Positions 27,612 through 39,500 of a DNA stretch of 64,000 nucleotides are shown here, one piece after another (position 1 is the stretch's first letter; each line of letters opens with the position of its first letter). The stretch is from Eledone cirrhosa (lineage: Eukaryota). A program made the position numbers and the translations under genes. Under the pieces are notes generated by a model. It ran no database searches and was not told the origin of the DNA. It worked only from the letters and a program-made list of their open reading frames with translations. The stretch is from positions 41,168,001 through 41,232,000 of the forward strand of contig OZ024756.1 of assembly GCA_964016885.1 (NCBI GenBank), in the 5' to 3' direction.

Positions 27612-30600
27612 GTATGTGTGTGTGCGTATGTATGTACATGATGTTCTCTATGTCACTTTCATTCTATAGATATAGATAAGTAGGGCTCTTTATACAAAGA
27701 ATTTAACACCATTACGAAAATGCATGTAGATATGTGTTGTTGGAGAAAGGGTAAGGAAAGTAAAATTAAGAGACTCTGTGTGTGTGTATATATATGTGTG
27801 TGTGTGAGAGATATAGAGAAATGGATCTCTTTATACAAGAATTTAATATCATTACAAAAGTGCATGTAGATATGTGTTGTTGAAAACAAGACAACGAAAT
27901 ATGTTTATGGTAGTCAGAGAAACATATAACACTCTTATTAACTAATAATTCCTTCTAACACAAGGCCAACAGTTTGAGGGGAGGAGGGAAAGTCAATTAC
28001 ATCGACCCCAATGTATTACTGGTACTTTACTATATGATAAAAAGGCAAAGTTGACCTCAGAAGACAGAAAGACGTAACTAAAATACCACAACATATATTG
28101 ACCGATGCTCCACTGATTCTGCTAACCCACCACCCTTACACTAATATCAAATAATATTACTAATATTACCCAAAGAAAGTTCGCATCATAAACCTAGGAG
28201 CTAATTAAATCACCTTTACCATCAATATAGGTAATGAAATAGAATATTTAACCTGATATACACTAAGGCACGTTGCCAGGTTTTGGTGCCCGGGGGTGGG
28301 AGAACTAGGGTAGGAGTCATCAAAATATTCTGGCTCGATACTCTAATAATCTAACAGATTTTCCACAATTTTCTTTGATTTACTATTTTTTTTTGTTCTT
28401 TCTTGCTTTGTGAAGAAAAGTTAGTAAAATCCAAACTCCAATAAACCAGAGAAAACATTCACAAGATTTTCAAAGAACATTTGATTTTTAAAAGAAACAA
28501 TCCTGGCGGCATTTAACATGGAATATTCAATCGTTGAATATGTTTCCCTATATGTACATAGCTGCTTTCGATGTAAATATATTATACATTTTGATTCTAG
28601 ATAATCCTGGATTAAATGAAATATTTGAGATGCTGAGCTGTTGTAGACAAACTTCAATATTCTGACTTTCCATAAACGTACCACCAAAATGAATAAGTTT
28701 AGGAATATTCCAAATATCTAGGACAATGTGGATCTTATCAACTTCGTTTCCGGAGATTTACCAGTTTCAAGGCAATCTAAAGAATTTTTATTTACTTATT
28801 TCCTTTGCAATTACATTTTTACACACACTCACACTATTAAAACATGGTTTTACACACACTCACACTATTAAAACATGGTTTTACACACACACACCTTATT
28901 AAAACATGGTTTTAGACACACACACACACTTTATTAAAACATCGTTTTACACACACATTATTAAAACATGGTTTTACACAGACTATTAAAAATATGTCGT
29001 TATCTTGAACTTTCCCGCGTTAAAGTTTTTTTTAAAAATGTAATTAAGTAAGAAAGATATTATCAACATCGAATAAATAATTGTTTCTACTTTTGGTACA
29101 AGGCCAGCAATTACCCAGTGTATTACTGGTACTTTATTTTATCGACCCCGTAAGGATGAAAGGCAAAGTTAACCTCAGCGGGATTTGAACTCAGAATGGC
29201 AAGGGCCGTAACTCTATGCATTAAAGCATGGCGTCCGACCCCCTACCGATACTGCCAGTGAGTTTGAGTGTGTGCGTATTTAATATTGGCACCAAGTACA
29301 AGACTCCGCGGACATCAAAATGGACGTAGGAGGAATCGACCTCAATAATGGACTGATGGCTCTTTTTCTTTTTATCGACGTCGAAAGAATGAAAGTTCAA
29401 GTTGACTTCGATGGTATTTGAATTCAGAGCTCTCAGATCTGGAACAAACACCGAGAAATATTCAATCTGATATCCTAATGACTGGCAAATTGTGGCCGTT
29501 AAAATGTTTAGAATGAAGCCACATGATAGAGAATGTAAAGCTTTTCTAGGGGCAAAGATGTCTAATATAGGAAGCCGGGTCTTACCTCATAGCCTTAGTT
29601 ACAATTCCTGACACCTTTGCTATTAATCCAGAAGTACAGAAGATAATTAAAAGATGGAATTTTACAGACAGCTTCATGTTTTGTTCTGCCGGTTGCCATC
29701 GAGACCTTTGGTGTCCTCATTCCATAGACTGCCGTAAAATTTGGAGGAATGAATCTCTTCTGAACAAGAACCCCCATGATGTAGAATGACTGATCCAGTG
29801 GGTGACATTGCTAGCCTGTTGCCAGGTTTTAATGATCGGGAAGAGATGCAGGTGGGGGTTCTATGAACATTTTAACTCGCAATAATTCTAAGGCGGAATT
29901 TCAGAATAAGCATTTTACCAAAAGTCTTTCTAAATCTGGTAGTACCCAATTGAAAAGTGGTGGGGCAGTGTTCCCTCCACTTCTCTTGGTGACAGGTCCA
30001 TGTCATTGCTTATTCCAAGTGACAGTTATTTCGCCATCTTGTCCGTAATGGGGGGGGGGGGGGAGGTTCAACTAAGATATCCCGCCAACCCAAGGGTGTA
30101 ACATGTTTTACACCGCTACTTTTAAAATCTAATTTTTCATTGTCCGCCCCCTCTTTTTTCTGTGTTTCTTATTTTCCTTTATTGTTATTAAAAAAAAATA
30201 AAGTTTGTGATTACAAAACAAAGATGTGTGTGTGTGTGAGTGTGCCTGTATGTTTGTGTGCGCGCGTGTTTGTGTAGATGTGTGTGTGTGTGCCAGGATT
30301 ATGAAAGTACAAACAAGAAGAAATGGCTTTTTGGATTTACATATAACAACCGAGCTACTGGTATGTAACAACAAAAGAGGTGAGTCCCTTTAATAACTAA
30401 TTATATTTATTGTGAAGTGAATATTATCTTCAATCTCAAATGACATAGATGTATGTTTGTTGTGTTGTCAGTTGATCAAATGTTTTGCTTTTAGCGCGCT
30501 GTGTAAACAAACAGATGACATCTGCTTGAATGTCTCGTTTCTTATGATTAACTAACAGTGTCAATGTTTAGTTTGGTTAGCTTGCTCAATTGGAAATAGC

Positions 30601-30982
30601 TGACGTCCTGCGGGGGTTTTATTTCAGTCTTGCAGTAGCAACTGGTAGTTGATATGGGTTTAATTCTGATATGACAGTGGCATAGCTGGAATGTGTGTGT
30701 AGCCCCCCGGGGGGGGGGGGGGGCAGTCCTGGATTGGCCCACCAACGCATTTATTTTAATATAGTCCATACAGGTTTGTACAACAGACTCAAAAGTGTCG
30801 CCCCCGGGGGCAGACCCTGAGTTTTCTAACCAACCCTCAGCAACTCTTTTATTTCAATATAGATGATTTTTTCAAATGTTTGGGGCCTCATAACTTAACT
30901 AGCACAGGGCCTCATTTGTCCTAAATTCGGCACTGCGCGCGCGCGCGCGCACACTTTTATTATGACTAACATACATACACAC

Positions 30983-31035
<53 letters not shown>

Positions 31036-31428
31036 ATATATATATATAGTTTAGGGATTGTAACGTCCAGTTACCATAACAGCAGTTCGACGAGCTTTTG
31101 ATTCCAGAGTCGGGCCTGATTGATACAGATCGAGCTTTGAGCTGATCAATCGCGAAACGCGCGTCACACCTCAATAAATTTAATGAACATCTAACATCTC
31201 ATCCTTATTATATATATATATATATAAGGGTGGTGGATTGGCAGTATCGGTAGAGGGTCGGACGCCATGCTTTCCAGCATAGTTACGTCCCTTTACGATC
31301 TGAGTTCAAATCCCGCCGAGGTTGACTTTGCCTTTCGTCCTTACGGGGTCGATAAAATAAAGTACCAGTAATGCACTGAGTAATTGCTGTCCTTATGCCT
31401 AAAGTAGAAACAATTATATATATATATA

Positions 31429-31459
<31 letters not shown>

Positions 31460-33231
31460 AGGATTAAGGATGCACACTGCTGCAGGTAGTAGTGCTAAAA
31501 ACGAAGTTTCAACTGAAGCTAATGTGCAGCAGGCTGCTGACAAATATCTGGAGTGACAGGCTTCTCTAAATATTTCACTTCTGCGATCATGGCTGGTGCA
31601 ATGTCATTTGTTCACCAGTTGTTCATCTAAATATGAATAAAAAGTGTAATGTTGGGGTTATTTATATAAATAGACTCACAGGCCGTTGCTATTAAAACGG
31701 TGATGTTTTGTTCGCAACAACCAGGATTTTTCACATAAGCAGAATTTGGCAAGATTTGTTGGAGCTGGTGCAATAATGTGCCAGCTACAGCACTCCATCA
31801 TTAAAAGAAAGGAGGTAGGTGTAAACACCTAAACCCCCTATCTTCAATCCTGTGTTCGTGTGAACCCTTACTTATGGTCATGAATCGTGGGTAATGACCG
31901 AAAGAATACGATTGCGAATATAGGCAGCTTCCTCCAAAGGATCCTTGGAGCAATGGAGTAGCGTTACACAATAGAGTACGTAGCTCAGAGATCAGAGAGT
32001 CGCTCCAGGTAGAGCCACTACATCTCCGAATCTAGAGATCACAGTTCCGGTACTGCATGGATAGAATGTCTAATGAAAGAATTACTGGACAGATTGTTAC
32101 AGACAAGGTCAATTGTCAGGAGACGAAGGGGTAAACCTGGAGCAAGATGGTTGGATAACATCCATAAGCTCGGGAGGTCTCGCGTAGTAACAGAAGAAGA
32201 AAACTAAATAAATGTGAAAAGATGAAAGACTGTTGTTTAGTGAAGTAGTTAAGTGTTTTTGACATTCACTAAAATAGTAACCGTGAGTAATACTGTCAAG
32301 TGGCTAAAAATTGGTTTCTTAGATGTCTTGTGTAGTAATACTTGTACTAGTAGACTAGTGCCGTCAGTAATGATAGCAATAGCGTTGAATATATTTAATA
32401 TTGGGAGTTCAAGATTAAAATGTCATATATACCAGGACTGGTGGACCAGTGTTATCAATAATGACAGCAATAGTGTTGAATATATTTAATTTTGGGAGTC
32501 CAGGATTGGTATGTTTTATATACCAAGTCTAGTGGATATATGAACAATCATACAAACTGGGAAATTTGCATTTTGATTATTTAGTCGGTCTACACCTGTG
32601 TCATTTACATTCGTTTTAGAAACCACAGAATTCGCTGTATCTATGTGTAACCCCAAAGGGTCATTTTGTACAAAAGTCTTCCTTTCAAAATTAAGTTAAA
32701 GTTTGTTCAGAATTATCTCCCCTGATATTTACCAATTTTGTTTCTATCCTGAAATGTCAAGATTATAAATTGAAAAACACGCACAGAGGTGTTTTTATAA
32801 ATCGTTATACAGAATATATTTACAAAATTGCTCGATAGTTCAGAATGGTAATTATTGTCAAGTTTTTCATGTTGAGTAGCACCTGATGTGAAATCCTTAT
32901 ATCTCTAAATGATTTACAATCTGATGAGGGAGAAGAGAGAGGGGGAGAGTGTGTGATAGATAGATAGGTAGGTTGGTGGTTAGGTAGATGTATAGATAAA
33001 TGGATAGATAGATAGATGGATAGGTAGGTTGATAGATAGATAGATAAACCACATATTCTTGATTGCACTGAGTCTCATGAGACGCAACACAAGTCAAAAT
33101 ATCGTTTTCTAATTCAAGCAGAAGACTAGTAATTTGGGTGGAAAGTAATGTCAACTCCTTAAAGGATGGACAGCAAAGCTGACCTCAGCAGGATTTCAAC
33201 TCGGGACGTAAAGAACCATAACTAAGAGAGA

Positions 33232-33267
<36 letters not shown>

Positions 33268-33461
33268 TAACAGATTAAAGTTTAAGCAAAGAATCGGTGC
33301 TTTCACCCTTAACGGGATCTTCAAGGGTGAAAGCAGCGATTCTTTGCTTAAACTTTAATCTGTTATTTTATTAAATATTTGCTCTACGGTTCTTATATAT
33401 TTGATATATATTTATCCTTATCGAGCCCTCTTTGGATTTTAGTCTTCTAATTTATTATTAT

Positions 33462-33505
<44 letters not shown>

Positions 33506-34157
33506 TTGCTCCACTGAAAAGCAGGGGAGGTAATTCCCGTCAGAAAAACGAAAATTTGAAATAGTCCTTTTGAAATGGCCAGGAGTGGCAAAGTATCCCC
33601 AGGAGGACTGGACAGCAGAAGGTCTTCAGAGGAGAACCCCCACTCAAGCAAGCGTCTAAAATAATTGTTTCTACTTTTAGCACAAAGCCACCAAATACCC
33701 AGTGTATTACTGGTACTTTATTTTATCGACCCCATAAGGATGAAAGGCAAAGTTAACCTCGGCGGGATTTGAACTCAGAATGGCAAAGAAGCGTCTAAAA
33801 TAATAACTGGCAATATTTATTGCGGCTCTCTGCTCTCGATAATGTCTTATCATATTCTAGCTGTACTTCTTTCCTTCTATGCCGATTCTATCAATTCCCC
33901 GCCTTCACTGATGATGATGATGATGATGATGATGATAATTATAACAACGATTTCTAAATTTGGCACCCAGCCACCACTGCTTCGTAAGAGAGGGTTTAGT
34001 CACTTACAGCAAGCCCTAGTATGTATGTATGTTTGTAGTTACAGTTCTGTAGCTCCCGATGGAGTCATAGGAACGCTGTCATAAACGGCGTATCTTGGGC
34101 ATATTTTAAAACCTGGCGGAGCCCACCCTCTCTCCGGCTGATTTCTCCAAGTAAAAG

Positions 34158-34206
<49 letters not shown>

Positions 34207-35366
34207 GAGAGAGAGAGAGAGGGGGGGTGGAAGACCCATCGCCTAGTACTGTACCTTATCAATGGTAAACTCCCAGATTTAGAAATGTTCATAAACCCCC
34301 ACCACCACCACCACCACTCTACCCTCTCGAGCATCAAAACCTGGCAACGACATCCACTGCATCAGCTGTTCGGAAGTGTTCCTCTAGCCACGGCACCCTT
34401 CCTCCCACACACCTACCCCGAGCACCAGAGTCTGACGATGGGCCTTGTGTGTCACAAAAGACACTTTGCAATCCCTAATAAAATTCTTTCGGGGTCTTCA
34501 AGAGTCTTCTTCTGTCAAGAAGATTAAATACATAACGAAAACAGACACACTCATACACAATCACCGACACACATATATATATATATCATCATTTAAGGCT
34601 AGCATGGGTTAGACGGGTTGTCCCATTAGAGGCAAGTTGGGTTAGGTGACCGTGTCTTGCTCATATATACACACAAACTCACACATATACATGTCCCCGA
34701 CAATAATAACACCCCCCCACCGCTCTCATAAATCATGCTAGCAAAACAAACTTACCTTGTTCTTGTTCGTTCATTTTGTGATGCAGTAGAGCGAGTGAAG
34801 AATTCGAAAGGTCCTTCATAACTATCGCTATATCCATTAGTGTGGTTTGTTGAACGAGGTGTACTCCTCTCAGCAGAAGACCTGAACGAAGAAGTCGAGC
34901 TCGAAGAATCGGAGTTCGATCTCTTGTTAAAGTAGAAATTCTTCTTTTGTTTCGCTCCACTGTTTCTCTCTTTACGCTGGTATTGATACTGATCACCGAA
35001 GTTGTTGTTATTGCTGTCACTGCTGTTGTTATTGTTGTTTTTACTATTGTATTTAGTGTCATGGTCCGGTGAATCGTAGAACCTAAAAGTCCTTGTTTTC
35101 GAACGGGGGTCATAGCTAGTTTTCGTCGAAAACCGCTTATGTTCGTCTCCTTTCTGGCAGAACTTTCGCTGGAAATCGTAATCTTGCCGGCTTTCTTTAC
35201 ATTTCAGAACTTCGTAAGCTTGAGAAAGTTCTTTAAACTTTTCTTCGGCGTCTTCGCTTTTGTTTTTATCCGGGTGTAATTTTTTTGCAAGTTTCTTATA
35301 AGACTTTTTAATTTCTTCGGCTGTTGCATTTTCGTCGACTCCAACGATTGTGTAAAGATTCTTCAT
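10314..35366 (-). CDS. J-domain (DnaJ/Hsp40 class C-like) protein with C2HC zinc finger and C-terminal Cys4 motif; 8 coding exons, ~481 aa
   Basis: Exons (minus strand): 35366-34756, 16780-16533, 15400-15333, 14872-14734, 14100-13997, 13251-13176, 10959-10875, 10428-10314. All introns are GT-AG and the phases (2,1,0,1,0,1,2) chain into one 1446-nt ORF. N-terminal J domain with HPD; [20 protein letters not shown]; C-terminal CTSC-x11-CTC; AATAAA at 10237-10242. Confidence 0.8.
10875..10959 (-). CDS. J-protein exon 7
   Basis: ttttcag acceptor, AG|GTAAGC donor; only the frame required by exon 6 is open. Confidence 0.72.
10975..11640. repeat. (TA)n/ATG compound microsatellite
   Basis: Direct inspection. 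Confidence 0.9.
11644..11930. repeat. Near-perfect inverted repeat, ~141-bp arms, 4-nt loop
   Basis: 11644-11784 is the reverse complement of 11789-11930 except for one C versus AA difference. Confidence 0.95.
11668..11732 (-). ncRNA. Type I hammerhead ribozyme motif with canonical core
   Basis: AUAUUUUAU-CUGAUGA-AAACGUAC-(12 nt)-GUACCUUU-GAAA-UAUGU-AUA/AUAGAAUAU: 9-bp stem I, 7-of-8-bp stem II, 3-bp stem III, AUA cleavage triplet. Confidence 0.7.
13176..13251 (-). CDS. J-protein exon 6
   Basis: (CTT)n tract plus ctag acceptor, GTAAGT donor; [25 protein letters not shown]. Confidence 0.72.
13693..13957. repeat. Minisatellite, 8 copies of a 33-bp unit
   Basis: cattagtgtaactttgataaacactaatgaaat; each unit is self-complementary at its ends. 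Confidence 0.95.
13997..14100 (-). CDS. J-protein exon 5
   Basis: ttttcag acceptor, CAG|GTGAGT donor; [24 protein letters not shown]... Confidence 0.75.
14734..14872 (-). CDS. J-protein exon 4 (HxxxC half of the zinc finger)
   Basis: ttacag acceptor, GTAAGT donor; [17 protein letters not shown]... Confidence 0.8.
14933..15099. mobile_element. hAT-type MITE
   Basis: TIRs cagtgctggattta / taaatccagtactg; exact 8-bp target-site duplication GATAGAGA (14925-14932 and 15100-15107). Confidence 0.85.
15333..15400 (-). CDS. J-protein exon 3 (CxxC half of the zinc finger)
   Basis: Polypyrimidine-cag acceptor, GTGAGT donor; [23 protein letters not shown]. Confidence 0.8.
16533..16780 (-). CDS. J-protein exon 2
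   Basis: tttcag acceptor, GTAAGT donor; 248 nt open in the phase left by exon 1 (REPDRDSCS...DFTEE). Confidence 0.75.
18922..19213. repeat. Tandem repeat, ~4.4 copies of 66 bp
   Basis: caaggcaataaagccactaaaatataaggggttactgagaaggacaagacagagagaacataagcc. Confidence 0.95.
20363..20620 (+). mobile_element. Second tRNA-derived SINE family (CORE/V-like ttgagcaa..cactt segment)
   Basis: A box TGGCCTAGTGG, B box GGTTTGATTCC; inverted copies at ~47295-47405 and 50775-50915. Confidence 0.7.
21621..21679 (+). ncRNA. Type I hammerhead-like motif (GAAA changed to GGAA)
   Basis: GCUGU-CUGAUGA-GGUCGUAUCUAUU-gcau-AAUAGAUACCAUC-GGAA-UGCAU-AUA-ACAGC. Confidence 0.55.
21746..21936 (+). mobile_element. SINE copy
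   Basis: Near-full match to the 9994-10187 element. Confidence 0.85.
22372..22710 (+). mobile_element. Solo LTR (Gypsy-like, 339 bp)
   Basis: Termini TGTAGCAA...TTGCTATA; 4-bp AACG duplication on both sides; internal CCAAT, TATAAA (22502) and ATTAAA. Confidence 0.7.
25582..26780. repeat. Minisatellite, ~39 copies of a 28-31-bp unit
   Basis: Unit gtgggccacatgagatatggctcatcataag and variants. Confidence 0.95.
29078..29258 (-). mobile_element. SINE copy
   Basis: Reverse-complement match to the 9994-10187 element. Confidence 0.85.
31227..31416 (+). mobile_element. SINE copy
   Basis: Near-full match to the 9994-10187 element. Confidence 0.85.
31860..32200 (+). mobile_element. Degenerate RTE-clade LINE fragment (C-terminal to RT)
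   Basis: Translates to [25 protein letters not shown], typical of RTE elements; contains stops and frameshifts. Confidence 0.7.
33263..33370. repeat. Inverted repeat, 48-bp arms, with hammerhead remnant
   Basis: 33263-33310 versus 33323-33370, one mismatch; the flank 33374-33468 has an inverted near-identical copy at ~12103-12197. Confidence 0.9.
33650..33804 (-). mobile_element. 5'-truncated SINE with 16-bp target-site duplication
   Basis: AAGCGTCTAAAATAAT at 33650-33665 and 33789-33804. Confidence 0.85.
34756..35366 (-). CDS. J-protein exon 1 (J domain plus Asn/Ser-rich linker)
   Basis: [54 protein letters not shown]; ends at AG|GTAAGT donor. Confidence 0.95.
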
Positions 35367-35617
35367 TTTATATTTTTTATAAAAAAATAATAATTATTAT
35401 TTATTTTATTTATTTTTATTACTACTATTATTTTTGTTTTTATTACTGTGCGTATATTTCTTTCGCATCAATGTTGATAGCTTAAAAATATAGCGGTCAA
35501 ATGCATTACCTAATTTTCAACCAGCTCCTTGGTGTAATCACAAGTAAAGAACTACCGTTACCAGCTGTATTAGAGGGAGCCATCTTACCGACACCTTCTA
35601 CTCCTTACTATTTACAT

Positions 35618-35627
35618 CTGACGTCAG
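35618..35627. promoter_or_regulatory. Palindromic CRE (TGACGTCA) ~250 bp upstream of the J-protein ATG
   Basis: CTGACGTCAG, the consensus CREB/ATF site, in a promoter-proximal position. Confidence 0.45.
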
Positions 35628-36527
35628 GTGCTGCCGGAATGCTAAATGCCAACAAGCAGAAAATAGTAACCCAACTGCTTCTTTACCTCTTTCTTTCTTC
35701 TTCCCCCTACCTTACCTTGGGAATAGATGTCTATATATTATGTATTATGGGTGTATGAAGGTGTGTGTATATATATATTCTGCTGTATGAGTGTATATGT
35801 GTGTGTATATATATATGTATATATATATATAAAAGGGTCGGATCTAATAATAATTTCAGTGTGAGAGAGGGACAGACAGCAGATAAATTGTAAAAGGGAA
35901 TGAATAGGTAGGAACTGGTGAGAGAGAGAGGGTGGTGTGTATGAGTGAGAGGGTAGGAAAGATGCAAGAGAAAGATAGGTAGATAGGTAGCAGGGGAAGG
36001 GGAGGAGAGAGAGAAGTGAGTTAATATAGATAAAGAGAGTAACAGATATGAAAATAGAGAGAGTAGGTTATATTTAAATGGGACGAGAGGAGGAGGAGGA
36101 AGAAGAAGAAGAAGAAGAAGAAGATATAGACTGACAGAAAGAGAAAAGAAGAGAGGTAGTATGTCTTGGAGGGTTAAAAAGTAAAATTAGACAAGAAGAG
36201 AAAGGGTTTTTATTTGTATAACCTTTGGTGTTCTACTCTGATTGAGTAGATCAAAGGCATTCCAGCCGTGACCATCATGTTTAAAATAATTTTTTTTAGG
36301 ACATTTAGGACTATATTAGTGAATGTGTCTTTATTTTGAAGGATATTTGGCTGCTGTTTCTAGCAGGTTGAGCAACTACATAAGGCTTACATTGGTAGCG
36401 CATCGGCTAAAATACCATTGCAGTATTTATTTTGGCTTTCTACATTCTGAATTCTAATTTCGCCAAGGTTAACTTTGCTTTTCATCCTTCCAAAGTATAG
36501 CTTAGGGCCTCAACAGGTGACAGGCCG

Positions 36528-39500
36528 GCCCTGGCTGTAGATCACACCTTAGCTGCTGAGTGAAAGGGGATCAATTCATGGGAAGTTGATCTCGCCCTGG
36601 CTGTAGATCACACCATAGCTGCTGAGTGAAAGGGGATCAATTCATGGGAAGTTGATCTCGCCCTGGCTGTAGATCACACCTTAGCTGCTGAGTGAAAGGG
36701 GATCAATTCATAGGAAGTTGATCTTGCCCTGGCTGTAGATCACACCTTAGCTGCTGAGTGAAAGGGGATCAATTCATAGGAAGTTGATCTTGCCCTGGCT
36801 GTAGATCACACCTTAGCTGCTGAGTGAAAGGGGATCAATTCATAGGAAGTTGATCTCGCCCTGGCTGTAGATCACACCTTAGCTGCTGAGTGAAAGGGGA
36901 TCAATTCATAGGAAGTTGATCTCGCCCTGGCTGTAGATCACACCTTAGCTGCTGAGTGAAAGGGGATCAATTCATAGGAAGTTGATCTTGCCCTGGCTGT
37001 AGATCACACCATAGCTGCTGAGTGAAAGGGGATCAATTCATAGGAAGTTGATCTCGCCCTGGCTGTAGATCACACCTTAGCTGCTGAGTGAAAGGGGATC
37101 AATTCATAGGAAGTTGATCTCGCCCTGGCTGTAGATCACACCTTAGCTGCTGAGTGAAAGGGGATCAATTCATGGGAAGTTGATCTCGCCCTGGCTGTAG
37201 ATCACACCTTAGCTGCTGAGTGAAAGGGGATCAATTCATGGGAAGTTGATCTCGCCCTGGCTGTAGATCACACCTTAGCTGCTGAGTGAAAGGGGATCAA
37301 TTCATAGGAAGTTGATCTCGCCCTGGCTGTAGATCACACCTTAGCTGCTGAGTGAAAGGGGATCAATTCATGGGAAGTTGATCTCGCCCTGGCTGTAGAT
37401 CACACCTTAGCTGCTGAGTGAAAGGGGATCAATTCATGGGAAGTTGATCTCGCCCTGGCTGTAGATCACACCATAGCTGCTGAGTGAAAGGGGATCAATT
37501 CATAGGAAGTTGATCTTGCCCTGGCTGTAGATCACACCTTAGCTGCTGAGTGAAAGGGGATCAATTCATAGGAAGTTGATCTCGCCCTGGCTGTAGATCA
37601 CACCTTAGCTGCTGAGTGAAAGGGGATCAATTCATGGGAAGTTGATCTCGCCCTGGCTGTAGATCACACCATAGCTGCTGAGTGAAAGGGGATCAATTCA
37701 TGGGAAGTTGATCTCGCCCTGGCTGTAGATCACACCTTAGCTGCTGAGTGAAAGGGGATCAATTCATAGGAAGTTGATCTTGCCCTGGCTGTAGATCACA
37801 CCTTAGCTGCTGAGTGAAAGAGGATCAATTCATAGGAAGTTGATCTTGCCCTGGCTGTAGATCACACCTTAGCTGCTGAGTGAAAGGGGATCAATTCATA
37901 GGAAGTTGATCTCGCCCTGGCTGTAGATCACACCTTAGCTGCTGAGTGAAAGGGGATCAATTCATGGGAAGTTGATCTTGCCCTGGCTGTAGATCACACC
38001 TTAGCTGCTGAGTGAAAGGGGATCAATTCATAGGAAGTTGATCTCGCCCTGGCTGTAGATCACACCTTAGCTGCTGAGTGAAAGGGGATCAATTCATAGG
38101 AAGTTGATCTTGCCCTGGCTGTAGATCACACCTTAGCTGCTGAGTGAAAGGGGATCAATTCATAGGAAGTTGATCTCGCCCTGGCTGTAGATCACACCTT
38201 AGCTGCTGAGTGAAAGGGGATCAATTCATGGGAAGTTGATCTCGCCCTGGCTGTAGATCACACCATAGCTGCTGAGTGAAAGGGGATCAATTCATAGGAA
38301 GTTGATCTCGCCCTGGCTGTAGATCACACCTTAGCTGCTGAGTGAAAGGGGATCAATTCATAGGAAGTTGATCTCGCCCTGGCTGTAGATCACACCATAG
38401 CTGCTGAGTGAAAGGGGATCAATTCATAGGAAGTTGATCTCGCCCTGGCTGTAGATCACACCTTAGCTGCTGAGTGAAAGGGGATCAATTCATGGGAAGT
38501 TGATCTCGCCCTGGCTGTAGATCACACCTTAGCTGCTGAGTGAAAGGGGATCAATTCATGGGAAGTTGATCTCGCCCTGGCTGTAGATCACACCTTAGCT
38601 GCTGAGTGAAAGGGGATCAATTCATAGGAAGTTGATCTCGCCCTGGCTGTAGATCACACCATAGCTGCTGAGTGAAAGGGGATCAATTCATAGGAAGTTG
38701 ATCTTGCCCTGGCTGTAGATCACACCTTAGCTGCTGAGTGAAAGGGGATCAATTCATGGGAAGTTGATCTTGCCCTGGCTGTAGATCACACCTTAGCTGC
38801 TGAGTGAAAGGGGATCAATTCATGGGAAGTTGATCTCGCCCTGGCTGTAGATCACACCATAGCTGCTGAGTGAAAGGGGATCAATTCATAGGAAGTTGAT
38901 CTTGCCCTGGCTGTAGATCACACCATAGCTGCTGAGTGAAAGGGGATCAATTCATAGGAAGTTGATCTCGCCCTGGCTGTAGATCACACCTTAGCTGCTG
39001 AGTGAAAGGGGATCAATTCATGGGAAGTTGATCTCGCCCTGGCTGTAGATCACACCTTAGCTGCTGAGTGAAAGGGGATCAATTCATGGGAAGTTGATCT
39101 CGCCCTGGCTGTAGATCACACCATAGCTGCTGAGTGAAAGGGGATCAATTCATAGGAAGTTGATCTCGCCCTGGCTGTAGATCACACCATAGCTGCTGAG
39201 TGAAAGGGGATCAATTCATAGGAAGTTGATCTCGCCCTGGCTGTAGATCACACCTTAGCTGCTGAGTGAAAGGGGATCAATTCATAGGAAGTTGATCTCG
39301 CCCTGGCTGTAGATCACACCTTAGCTGCTGAGTGAAAGGGGATCAATTCATAGGAAGTTGATCTCGCCCTGGCTGTAGATCACACCATAGCTGCTGAGTG
39401 AAAGGGGATCAATTCATGGGAAGTTGATCTCGCCCTGGCTGTAGATCACACCATAGCTGCTGAGTGAAAGGGGATCAATTCATAGGAAGTTGATCTCGCC

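Noticed and set aside
36528-36593. CTGAGTGA plus hairpin in the array unit as a tandem hammerhead
   Set aside because: No GAAA follows the hairpin, and no stem I, stem III or NUH arrangement can be drawn on either strand.
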